Part shown: positions 48,344 through 61,770 of the stretch, in pieces
Layout: the number at the start of each line of letters is the position of its first letter
Position numbering within the stretch: the stretch's first letter is position 1
Source of the DNA: Rhodosorus marinus CCMP1338
Taxonomy: Eukaryota; Plantae; Rhodophyta
Direction of reading: 5' to 3'
DNA length: 64,000 bases
Assembly (NCBI GenBank): GCA_029953675.1
Contig: JAMWBK010000003.1
Span: 558,001 to 622,000, forward strand
Program-made: the position numbers and the translations under genes
The notes under the pieces: model-generated
Databases searched by the model: none
What the model saw: the letters and a program-made list of their open reading frames with translations, nothing else
Told to the model about the DNA's origin: nothing

Positions 48344-48646
48344 GAGTACTCCGGTAGGAGACAACATTTTCTGTTGATTGTGGTGGCTCGATCTTTTTCC
48401 GCTTGTGCGTCAAAATAGTGGCAAACCGGTGACCTCTTCTCAGCCGTCCTTAGAGCGCTGAAGTGGCTTTGATGAACATAGTCCTGATACAAGTAATTCT
48501 TCTAGGTGCAATCGTAGTACTATCTATTGGACGCTCACAAGTAGTAACTCCCGCGCGGTGAAATCCGTCACCTATTTCCCAGAACCAGCCGAGACAGGCA
48601 GGAACGTTGCTACATACTTCCACAGCCGGTACAAGAACAGACTAGA

Positions 48647-50773
<2,127 letters not shown>

Positions 50774-52277
50774 AATCTATAAAAGACTTATCGAAACAAG
50801 ACCTCACCCCCACCCCCAAAAAATCCGGTTTCTCTCTCACACTCTCACACTCTCACACTGTCTCTTACAAGCTTTTTCTCCTAACTCCAATTACATATAC
50901 AATCCAATCTTATCGAAGACGTGGCCCCCCCCCCCCAACCACTTCTGCATCTACATATGACACACCCTCACACCTTTTCCCCATCTTCTTCAAGCCTCTC
51001 TTAAAAAACCCCCACTTCCCAACCCCAAAAGACCAGTATCCAGCCAACGTAAGTTTTTCAAATATTTTAACTCGGCCTTTGCAAACCGGCTGATGATACA
51101 CAAACAAGAAAAACCCAGCCCCCTTTTTCAAAAACAATTCAGGAAGCCAATAACATTTTCAATAAAAAAACATGAACGAACGCTTATATTGACTGAAATG
51201 TAAATATACTGACTGCAATCTAGTCTCTTTCATGGCGAGCATGGACAGCGCTCTTGAAAACCGAAATGTTATGGAACAGCTGTCCAAACGGAATTGGGGT
51301 CCGCATGATTACGTTGGGATCTGACGCTGAGGGTTTCTGGGTGTACCCCGGGGGGTTTTGGAACAAGAAGCTTACGTATATTACAGTCCCAACTGTGAAT
51401 GGCCTTCGACAGACATCAACACGAGGTCTGAGAGACAGATATACAGAGAAACCCCACGGAAGAGGAGTCTTGTCCCAACGGCAAAAACTAGAACAGTTGT
51501 GGGGTCTTTCCCACCTCGCACCAAAAAGCCGAGGCCAATGTTTGGTCCTTGCCTGTCCAAAACGGCCGGAGCATTGAATTACTAGGCCATGAACTCAGAG
51601 GATGCTCCGATACGAAGAACTTTTTAGTTCCACAGCGCTAGATGGATCGCAAACGTACCGAATAGGAAAGCAACTACTGGAAGACTCTGGGAGAACAGAT
51701 GTGTGACTGCGCGATTGCACAATTGGTAGAAGCCTCAGCGCCGGGTTCACGTGCGCTTGCAGTCGGCTCGACTGTTCTTCTGGCTGCTTGTAGTGCCTGC
51801 AGCAACCACCTACGTGTGGGTGCAGGTGCACGGTGCACTCAACTCTCGCGGCTTGTAAGGCCTCAAGAGTTGCTATTCTCTAGGGGGGGGGGATTCATCC
51901 TAGCGTTCTCTAGCGTCGAGCACGGAGCTAGCATTGATGGGGCGCATCAAATGACTCCATGCACTTGGCGTGGATTATCCTGCTTACTCGTGCTTTAATC
52001 CTCTTCAGAGGACAACTCAAGGGGACGACAATTCCCCTTCTTCAGCGAGCTATAACCAGTGTGTAATTGTACAGGCGCGGCTTGGGAGACTCTCGTCTTT
52101 GTTCCGGCGAACGAACGGCAATACGTCGCTGCGCTAACGGCACCCCCCATCCGGCATAGTTGCCGCCTGTGTAAAAATCGTAAAACACTCAAGCTATGTG
52201 CGCTCTTGTTGAACCCCTCAAACGTTGTATCTCCTGAACAGCCAGAAGAAGTAAACACGGCGCCAATCATAAAACCC

Positions 52278-53429
52278 CTAGTCCTCATCTTCGCTGTCAC
52301 TTCGAATATCCCCATCCTTAGCCACCTTGCCGGACCCCGTGAGTTCTCGGTAGATAAGACGACTTATCAGTGACATCCAGAAACAGTTGATAAGGTACAA
52401 CCCTATCAGCAAAGCCACAGAACATGCCCACATAGGCAAGTAGTAGTCGAAGTACGCTACCCAGTTGTTCAAACCCGGCTGCACAGTACCAACGGAAAAA
52501 AGCGAACGAAAGTTAACATTAGCGATTCACATCCAGACCCATTTATCAACCCAATCGATTTCATCGGCTAGATGACTGCTGCCTATACCTTTTCGAGAAC
52601 GTATCGCAAGACTTCAGCTCCTACGCAAACAACAACTCTAGGGAAGATGACAAGCCTGCACCATACACTCAGATACCAAACTGTTAGATGCTGAAGTGCT
52701 CCCTTTCACACGCCCGCTTTGCGAGTCTTACCTCAACAGTACAAACGCGGCAGAGAACAAAACGAAGAACACCATGCTCCCGGACTCAACACGGCAGTAG
52801 TGGATTGTCTTCGCAGCGTGCAAGAACACGTCACATATGTCGTGAAGTATCAGGATCACCAGTCCGATTCTGACGATGCCAAAGCTGAAGCTAATCGCCA
52901 TCAAAGACAGTGTGATACCGTGGTGCATCAAATACTGGTTGTAGTCGCTCCTTCGAGAGTCCATAAAGAGCGTAACAAGCAGGCCCACGTAGTAGCCAGT
53001 CTGCGTAGCGTAGTAAGCCTTGAAAAGGTTTGACATCGGTGGTGGCGCGGGATCGAAGAGAGCCTTCACCATCGAGACGTCACTATTGGTGAACGGGTTC
53101 AGGTCCCATTTTTCACGAGATATTATTAGCAGTCCAAAAACTGAGCTTATAACGTAGAACATAGTATAGAACAAATTCTCGAAGAGCTTCTTTTTGATGC
53201 TCCGCTTCATCGATGGGAAGAGTCTGTAATCGGCAAAGGACAGGAACATACTCTTCAGGGCAACCAGGACCACAACGGAGAGCAATATAGTGTAGATATC
53301 GCTAATCTCGATCTGTGGATTGAATAGTTTGGGCTGCCCCTCCTCCACGAACTTGTCATATTGCCCAATCTGGTCCGCTAGGGCCTCAAAAAACACGACA
53401 CCTCGTAGCACACCTCCTTGACCACCCAT
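52278..53429 (-). CDS. Ceramide synthase (LAG1/TLC family); exons 53429-52732, 52655-52589, 52478-52278 (321 aa)
   Basis: Lag1p motif RRSDY...MHHG.T..L...S...G...LHDICDVFLH.AK, multiple hydrophobic helices, and the acidic C-terminal DIRSDSEDED. Confidence 0.92.
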
Positions 53430-54929
53430 ACCTATTTCCAGGAAACTGAAGCAAACTGTTTATTCACAAGCACCACCGAAGCCCTTCTTCTTCTCAAGGA
53501 AACCCCCTCCGCCTTTCCTTGACGCCACTTCAAAATATCCCTCAAAACCGATCCCACCCGAATCCAGAAAAACTAGACCGTTTTGCTCTCTCACCCAAAA
53601 CAAGTTTTCGGACTACAACAAAACAAACCCACAAAAAACCTGACCAATAACACACTCGATCTGTCACAATCTCGCCCTCCCAAACACCCACCCACCACTA
53701 GGCAACACCCCCCGTCCTCCCACGAAAAAACCTCACGGCTCCTCAACCTTGTCCCGCTACTACTTCAAAAGCGAATCCTCAAAAGGCAAAGTCCACAGCC
53801 ATAGCAAGAAAACAGAACTAATCCTCTCTAAAAAATTTTGAAGCTAATGCCGGCTCGACCTCTCAAGCAATAACATATTGAACAAAAAAATAAATTAAAA
53901 CAAAAGAAAAACAAGATCGCGCCATTCCAACCCCCCAAAAACCTCCAAACCTCCCCCCCCCTCTGCTACAGAAACGGGTCAGGGCCATGATCGTGTTCTA
54001 GATTACTCATAATAATGAAATCATTCTATCTAAATAAGAGCTACAGTTTTCATTTTTAGGACGTACGGAATAATCTATCTCGTATCGTCGAAGAAAACTG
54101 CTTAATTTTGTTAACATTCGCCGATCCTTACCATAAGAAAGGATAACATTAACATCAACATAAACACCCGCCTTTTCTTTTACACAGGAATGTTCTACTT
54201 CAAGAAACGTAAAGGACAGTTGTCCACCCGGATCCGTTCGGTTTTTTGTTTTTTTTCGGAGATCGGTTTGCAAACCGAAAAACCAGCTCGTAGGCCCACC
54301 CCATTCCTCTGGACTAGATTCGACCTTTTCGAACTGCCAACCAGTGGTTTTTAGAGGTTTTTAGAGGAAAGATAGAGCACCGTTCCGAATTCAATTTTCC
54401 CCCCTCAATTTTTCGATCCTCGGCTGTTGTTATCAGCACCCCCCCCCCCCGCCAATCACTTTGCACCAAATTCATGTTCATTTATTTTGGGTTTAAAATG
54501 GGTAGAAGGGATTCGACGATTGTACTCTGCAATTCCCCCCACCCTCCACGATTCAATAATGATGAGGATTGAGTTTTCGTTTCTGCCTACAACTAAAACA
54601 TAATTAATTTCAGATCAATTAAGATGGTTGGATAAATACTGGTTTTTCGTGATTCTTTGGATGCCAACTGTCCAGTACCAATTTTTTTTGGAATAATACG
54701 ATTATTTTGTTTTGGGAAATGAGGTTTGGGGAGGGGTATTGGACTCTTGGCGTTGTTGACATCGACATTTTATACGTTTCGATGGGTCCTGGTTGGTGTT
54801 GGCAAACCCTAGCTACTGATCAGGGGTTCGCTGGTTGGGTCGTTCCGACATCATTCGCCAGTGTCTTACCCTGGAGGAGGCCCCACTTGCAGCGCTTCTA
54901 GTTTACAAAGAAATGGAGTTCTGCTACTA

Positions 54930-55400
54930 CAATGATCATCCCTCGTCCCGAATACGGCGCACGATGCTGTTTTGAGCTCGATTTGCTCGCGTGCTAGAAG
55001 CTAGCAAGCTACCTTCTTCCAAAAACAGTCTAAATTCGCTTTGGGAATTATCGTTTCGCGCTGTTAGCGCGTATTTTGGTGTCTGCGGAGCGCCATGTCC
55101 GGGTTTGACGAGTCAACCTGGTCTAGGACGCCCAATCCATACTCATGCCGCGTATCGACTTGCTGGCGGGCTGTGATCAGTTTGGTGCTTACCTAACATC
55201 GAGGTGCTGTAGCGCTGGCTGTTCTAGGTGTTTACTAAGCCTGGAACCTCACCAGTAGATTTGGTCCTGTGAATCGAAGTTGCAAGCTCCAGAAAGCTGT
55301 AAACATCAGCGATGCGCGGACAGCGCACAGAAGCCAACCACTGACTCTCAGCTCCGCGATCAGTCCGTGTCGCTGCTCTGCTTTCATTTGTTTTGTATAA
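54930..55400. mobile_element. Possible decayed CRE-like fragments
   Basis: AHDAVLSSICSRAR (+ strand) and GAESQWLASVRCP (- strand) weakly resemble RHDAV and AG.WL.A.P motifs. Confidence 0.2.
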
Positions 55401-55801
55401 GCCTTTCGCCACAATGGAAGTCTTCCGTACAAATACTAGTTTAAGGAACTGATTATTCACTATTTTACACTTGCATTATAATCTGTTCGTCCCACATAAG
55501 CTGTCCTAGAGTAAGTATTTCAACTAGTATATCCATTACCACCACCACCACCGCCACCACCAAAACTGCTCAGAGCGTTCATTTGGAGGGCGTCGCACGG
55601 TTTGAATGTTGCCTGCTCCGCTCTGGTCGCATCGTGGCTTGTCTCTAGTATCGGAACTGTGCAAATTGGAGTACAGGATACGGCTGCCAAGATACGTGAA
55701 GGTCCAACACGCTTCTAAACAAAAGCCTGCCAGTGTCAGGTCGCCGCCGACCACGATCTTTCTCCTTGAGCACTTTGTTGGCAAACGTTTTGCACGGTTC
55801 A

Positions 55802-56341
55802 TCATCGGTTATGACCGTGATAGGTTCTCATGTGCTCAAGTTGAGCGTCCCGTCCTGTGAAAACGCTGCTGCAGTTTCGCTCGGGGCAACTGAGTAGGCT
55901 GCCAAGCGTGTCGGGACCAAGAGGACCCGAAAATCTGATCTCCGTGTAGAAACCATCGTTCTCCCGAAGAGTCAGGTTCATGTTCTCCTCTTCGTCCGCT
56001 GGTGTTCTCAGCAGAGTCGTAATGTCCCCTTTCGATGTCGCCGTCCCATGCTTTGGGACATCCTTGGCCGTTTCCGCGTCCTTCTTCGAAGGGTAATGGT
56101 ATCTCTGATGATTAAGAAGCGTAGATCTCCATCGAAATTTCATGCCGCAGCCATCAATTTCACACTTGTATGGGAGTTCTCCAGTGTGCGTACGCATATG
56201 AATCACACGATTGTACTTCCTATTAAACTCCCTGTCGCATCCTTCAAAGAAGCACTTGAAAATTCTGGGGCTGGCTTCCCCATGACCCCCGCTCAGCCGT
56301 TTTGCGTTCTTTCTCCTCAAAACTGTTTCGTTCTCCTTCAT
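55802..56341 (-). CDS. C2H2 zinc-finger transcription factor (2 linked fingers + 1 isolated C-terminal finger)
   Basis: FKCFFEGCDREFNRKYNRVIHMRTHTGELPYKCEIDGCGMKFRWRSTLLNHQRYH ... SCPERNCSSVF.....EHMRTYH; first ATG at 56341. Confidence 0.9.
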   Translation of the reverse strand: MKENETVLRRKNAKRLSGGHGEASPRIFKCFFEGCDREFNRKYNRVIHMRTHTGELPYKCEIDGCGMKFRWRSTLLNHQRYHYPSKKDAETAKDVPKHGTATSKGDITTLLRTPADEEENMNLTLRENDGFYTEIRFSGPLGPDTLGSLLSCPERNCSSVFTGRDAQLEHMRTYHGHNR

Positions 56342-59300
56342 CAAGCTCAAATTATACGGCCGCGCACCGGCGCCGCAACCCCTCAGACTTCCCCCGAGGC
56401 GGATTTGTCACTCCCGCGCCTCACCACCCATCGACCAAACAACACAGCCGACTCCACCACCGACCCTACGGATCCGCAGGCGTACTACACTTTGGTTTAA
56501 ACGCTGCCACCATGATCCCTCACTACCCCCCACTTCCGCAACCTATACCAGCCAACAACCTCCTCACCTACCCAACTTTACCTACCCCCATAAACACAAT
56601 TTCGACCCATTCCAATCCTTATCACAGCAGCGAGCGTAACCGTTAAAGCAGCAGGCAAAAGCTCATGGGACGGGTTTTTTCAAATCGCTACTGTGGAGCG
56701 CTCGGACAAAGCTTTGTTTCACGTTCCTCCTTGGCCTCTACCACACAAACAAGCCAGCCGCTAACCCCTCAGGCTCGCCTAGATCACAGATGAATCCACG
56801 AAATCGTCAACAATCAAGCGGCCAGCAACGCCGAAAAAAGAAACGCGAATGCGGAAACAGTAAACAACCTATATCCCAACTACCAAAACCCGACAACAAC
56901 AAAACCCCTCAAACGTTTTGCTGACTAACAAACTCGGTGGGGTGGGGATCCCATTTTACCTGTTAACTGATTTAGATAATTCATTAGAATCGATTATTTT
57001 TCTCTACTTTTTGGTTTGATTCATTGTATCTCATTCAAAGATAGGACATTTTTGAGGAAAGGCAATATAGGTCCGTCATTCCCCCCCTGATTTCTCAACA
57101 CAATTTACGCAAAAACCGAGAACTCCCAAATTACGAGAAAACTTATGAGCGTATGACGAACTTATAAACAAGTCTAACTTACCCCTATTCCCATTTTATT
57201 TCCATGCTCTCTTCTCTTTCGTCCGGTCTATCCACGAATTGGCTTGTTTTTAATGAAAATATGAAGGCGTTTTTCTTACTAAATTGCTATAAAAACCATA
57301 CAGTTTCACGCCCCCAACAAGCTGAAAAGTGCAGCTACAAAAATCATCGTTTTTGTGCAATCGCAATTGTAAATAAATGATCTTAGACGACCTAAAAACA
57401 AGGGAAAAGTTTCTTCTTTTGGGGTGGGGGTTTGAGGCTTCGGCAATCGGATTAACAGACTCTACTTACAAAATCAATCAGACGAATTGAGGCCCATGGT
57501 TTGGGTCTTAATAATTGCTGAAAGTTTGATTATTGAGAATAAATCGGTCAATATCAGGAAAAAAAAGGTCGTTGGAAAGGGGGAGGGTGGTTTTTTTGTT
57601 GGTTCACTCTCGGGTGCGCTCGAATAATTCAGTTTATATTTTTAGGCGGTGAACAGTCAAAAAAAACATGAACTCGGAGCCGCGGTTGAGGTTTTCACGT
57701 AGCTAAGAAGCCCCTGCGTCTTGTTTTCTTTTGATCGAAACTTTTTTGATCAGATGAAACGCGTTGCCATGTGAGGGTGGCTTACTTTTCTTGCCAAAGA
57801 TGGGACCAAAACATGATTGGTTTTCTATTCCCTAACTGGTGGATGCGGTGTCAGTGCGTTCTTAGGTAGAACCTGACGCATTCAGAAGGGGGCATATAAC
57901 TCCAATCCTAAATTCTGGGCCGGAATGGTCCATTTCTGGTTTTTACTCTCCGTGAAGTGCAGTGGATCGTGGCAGCAGTACACAGCACGGAGCTCCATTC
58001 CATAGGAACAGACTTGCAGGTATCCATTTCGGGCCACTCGAAGGCTAACAGCAATGAAGGGAGAACTCACTCTCGACGCCACCTAAAAGATCAGTTGATT
58101 GAAAGCCCGTTCCAGGGTATAGCAACTCAAAACATGGATGATTTGACGTTGATTTCGCCATAAGAGGCCTATTGGTCTCGCAGAATATGGGAATGTCCTC
58201 GAGTTGCGAAGCAGTTCACTTTGTGAAATTGGCTTCTTCATACAATCATAAGGAGAATCCAGTATCTGTCGGAAGCTATACGAATTTCTGAACAGCCTAT
58301 AACAATGAGTACTCGGCGCACTGCGATAGGTGATGTTCTCGATTCATCTTGGAGAACCCCGTCCTCACAGTCTGTTGTCTATTGAGTGTTAGGGTCTCCG
58401 CTTCTGCAGGAGAGACATGTCCTACAAGCACATGGCACAACGACATTTGAGCCTTAGTAGCCGAATTCTATCCTCAAGACACCCAAAACGGTTGTTTCAC
58501 TTAGTCAAGACCCACAACGATCATACGCAAGTTAAACTCTTAGAAAATGGTTGATGAGTTTGCCAAAAAAGGGCGTTTCTGAGCTCTCTCAGGCGGGTTG
58601 CTCTTTTAGAGTCCGATCGTCGCGCTTCAACAGCCCACGCAGATTTCATGCAGCTTCCAAATTGGAACTGAACTGACAAAAAAAAATTCAGTTGTTCATT
58701 ACTTTCAATCAAAACTCTTTCCTCTCAGTAAATGCTTTGAGAAATGGAGTCGTGCTTTGCTTTTTGGTTGTCTTCCCCACCGCAAAACGACCTCTCGTCA
58801 AGTACGAAAAAAGGCAGGCGACCGTCCGAGTTGATCGTCCGAGACCAGATAAAATCCACAACAAGAAAAACAAGACTATCCCAATCCCTCTGCGAAACAA
58901 CATCAAAACGTGTTTCTCATCGCAAACTTAAAAGACTGCAGATTTCCAAGTTGAAAGACCAGCGACAAGAACACTTGAGGCGTTCGATTCAGCCCCCTCA
59001 CATTCACTCCAGCAGAGCTTTCAGAGACTTGCGGTCGGTCCTCTCTCCAACTTTCTATTCAGACACCGATTTACGCTCCCGCTAACTTGACGAATCACAA
59101 TTTGCCCTATTAGACATTAATCCATTCGCATATAATAATTGGCTTACCAGCTTACCAGGGAAGAAATTTTACTTATGCCGTGATTGGTTCAAACTCAAAA
59201 TTTGAATCGAATGAGAAACAGTTAAAAAATGATGGTAGAGCATGCTGACATCTATTGACCCCCCTCTCGGCCTATAATTTAGGCATACGACAATCACCAA

Positions 59301-59346
59301 CCTTTTTTCAGACCCTCCAGGATAAAAGAAAAAAGTACGTAATTAT

Positions 59347-59370
59347 TTGATGAATATATATATTCATCAA
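59347..59370. repeat. Perfect 24-bp palindrome
   Basis: TTGATGAATATATATATTCATCAA equals its own reverse complement. Confidence 0.9.
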
Positions 59371-59599
59371 TTTTTAACTCTACTACCCTAACCCGTCCTC
59401 CATTGTGTCGAACTCTTGACTAGTCATCGGTTGAAGGGGGTGAGAAAAGAACAGGATGGGGACAAAACTTTCATTTGAAGAAAAACTAGGATTGTTTAGA
59501 TGGAGCTTAATGTTTTCATATTTTTGGGAGGTAATTCTCTTTCACACGTACTTTTTTTGGGGGGGGGGGGGGCGTTGCTGGACTCGCCAAGTACTCGCT

Positions 59600-60960
59600 T
59601 TGCAGCGCTCGGTTCAAGTGAGCGAGGGTTGAGAAGCACGTTTCCTTAGCTTCTTGGAGGGGCTAGAGCTGGAATCCTACTGAAGCGAGAAAGGATCAGC
59701 TGCATGTTGGATGTCGTCGTAATGCATGTATATGCGCGTTTTTACTGTGACAGCAAGGCTGGTATTGGGAACAGGATCAGCGGACCGAGTACCCCGTAGC
59801 CTTCATTCTGCGGATATTTGTGTCAGAATCGAGTCGGAGCGATCAGGCTTTTCGAACATGAGCCGAACCGAAGAGCAGGAATCGCAATTTTAGATACTTT
59901 TTTACCCAATGACCGCTTTCGAGTGCATGCGGACGGACAGTCTGTCAAGCGATTCACACCATGGGACACTTAGGAGTCGAGAACGAATGAAATGTGGTTT
60001 GTCAGTTTCTTGCATAGGGCAGTGTGGCTCTGTTTGTGTTGATCCATCCCACCCATCCATCCATCCTGAATTATATTTATGCGCGAGCATCTTAGCAGCA
60101 GCGGGACACGAGAAGATGTGGAGGCCCCTAGTCCCGTGAGATGTCAATGGTGGGATGATTCAGTGTTTGTTTCGTAAAGGAACTACCTGATCGGTTCGGA
60201 GTTCATGACCTCTGCAGAAACATTGTCTTGCTGTCCATATAATCCGATCGTGTCCATGATCGAGGTGCGGTCCACACTGCTTGGGAGACCGGTTGGAGGA
60301 GGTGATTGAGAGGTACCTAAATGGTTATCGTAGCTCTAGCTCCAGATTTGTGTGGTGTAGAACCAGATTTAAACGTGTCGGAAGGTTGCCCCAATGGAAG
60401 TCCATTCTGAGAGTCATCCTGGTCCACTTGAGGCTCTCTTCCAACAATTGACATATTGGATCTAAAACTAGTTATAGACATTTCTTCTAGAATAAGGCTT
60501 GTCCATGACGTACTATATTATGACCATATTCTAAAACTAAACCATCTTCGTCAGTGGCACTAGTCATGGCATTATTTTTGCCGGCTGCGGGAGAGCGCCG
60601 TGGATTTGCCGCGGCCAGTATGAGCGTCGCAAAGAGTTGAAACATGCTGGAGCTTTGTCTTCCCCAGGCATTTGTGCCTCGGCTCTAGCTCATCGCCTGG
60701 TACCTCTGGTCATTGAGTGCTTTGGGTTTATGGATTCCGTTGGCTCTCGTTGCCTGCGGGAATTGTTCCCCGAACGCCCTGACCGTCTGTCCTCGTTGTT
60801 TACCGGTTTTAAGTTTCTTGCTGTGGTGTATGAACGCTGCTTCGATGTTGGAGCCGCGCGATCTTCCACGCGCATAGTCTTGTTTCTTCCCTCGGGGTTT
60901 TTTCTTTCAGTCTCCGGACTCAACAAATTCATTCAGTTATGGCAGGAGGCTAGCTGACTT
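59600..60960 (+). mobile_element. Decayed CRE-like non-LTR retrotransposon 3' region
   Basis: FP*LLGGARAGI (cf. LP..GGLG), VEPDL, AAASMSVAK/ELKHAG, SALAHRLVPLVIECFGFM and LAVVYERC appear in element order, with stops and frameshifts. Confidence 0.55.
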
Positions 60961-61065
60961 CCTAGAAGTTTGTTTATGATGCTAAGTGGTGAGTGGCTTC
61001 CCGATGAGGTTTTCGTCTCCAGTCCCGGCCGAAGACCGGATGTTGGAGAGATAGTAGTCGGTGCT

Positions 61066-61770
61066 TTAGTAGGGTATCTCATGAGTAGCTCCCCTGCAAA
61101 ATTTGGCTCCAGAGTTGTGGATGAAATCCTCTCCGGGACCTGGTTTGAAACAAAAAGAAAACGAGGTGAGTTGATATATCTCCCCAGGTTTCGTTATGGA
61201 AACTCCCAGGCACACTCCTACTTACCTCCAGACTGATGAGGCCCCCATTTCCACCGGCGACAAGCGTATCTTTTCCCCTTTCCTCCTTTCTGTGATCCGC
61301 CACCTTGGAGGAGATCGTTTCCGTTCCCTCCATCGAGCCTGCTGATACCTGAGCTGTCAATCAACTTATCACTGCCGTCGCCTCAGTACAGTGCGTGCTA
61401 CCGTATAAAGCCACCGAGTGCTTATCGATGTCCTGGAGTTTATCGTCCCCGTAGTCCCCGCGTGGAACGTCTTCGTCCAATGCTCCGATCAGATCATCGT
61501 CACCTTCCCCACCGTTCAAGGTGTCACGGTGGTCCCCTCGTAGATCTTATCGTCTTCACTACCTGTAGCTCCTATCGCCTCGTCGTCGCCGTCGCCGCGG
61601 AAGATGCGATCGTCGCCTTCTCCAACAAACACTCGATCTTTTCCGTCTCCACCGTCGAGCTTGGTGTTCGATCCAATGCCCCGAAGCCGCTCATTCCCGG
61701 AGTAACCGTAGATAGTTGACAAAAACTCCGTCCCCTCGAGCTTATCGTGTCCCTTGGTGCCCATGCTGAT
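61066..61770 (-). pseudogene. Frameshifted gene with RTX / hemolysin-type Ca2+-binding nonapeptide repeats and one spliceosomal intron (61140-61225)
   Basis: GGxGxDxUx-like repeats: LDGGDGKDRV, VGEGDDRI, RGDGDDEA, LNGGEGDDDL, GDYGDDKL, GDGSDKL, LDGGNGNDLL, and GGPGEDFI across the GTAAGT...CCAG intron. About four frame changes are needed to join them. Confidence 0.75.

Noticed and set aside
51595-52373. Several 80-105 aa ORFs downstream of the ceramide synthase
   Set aside because: They have non-ATG starts, overlap in both directions and show no motifs; likely 3' UTR or intergenic.
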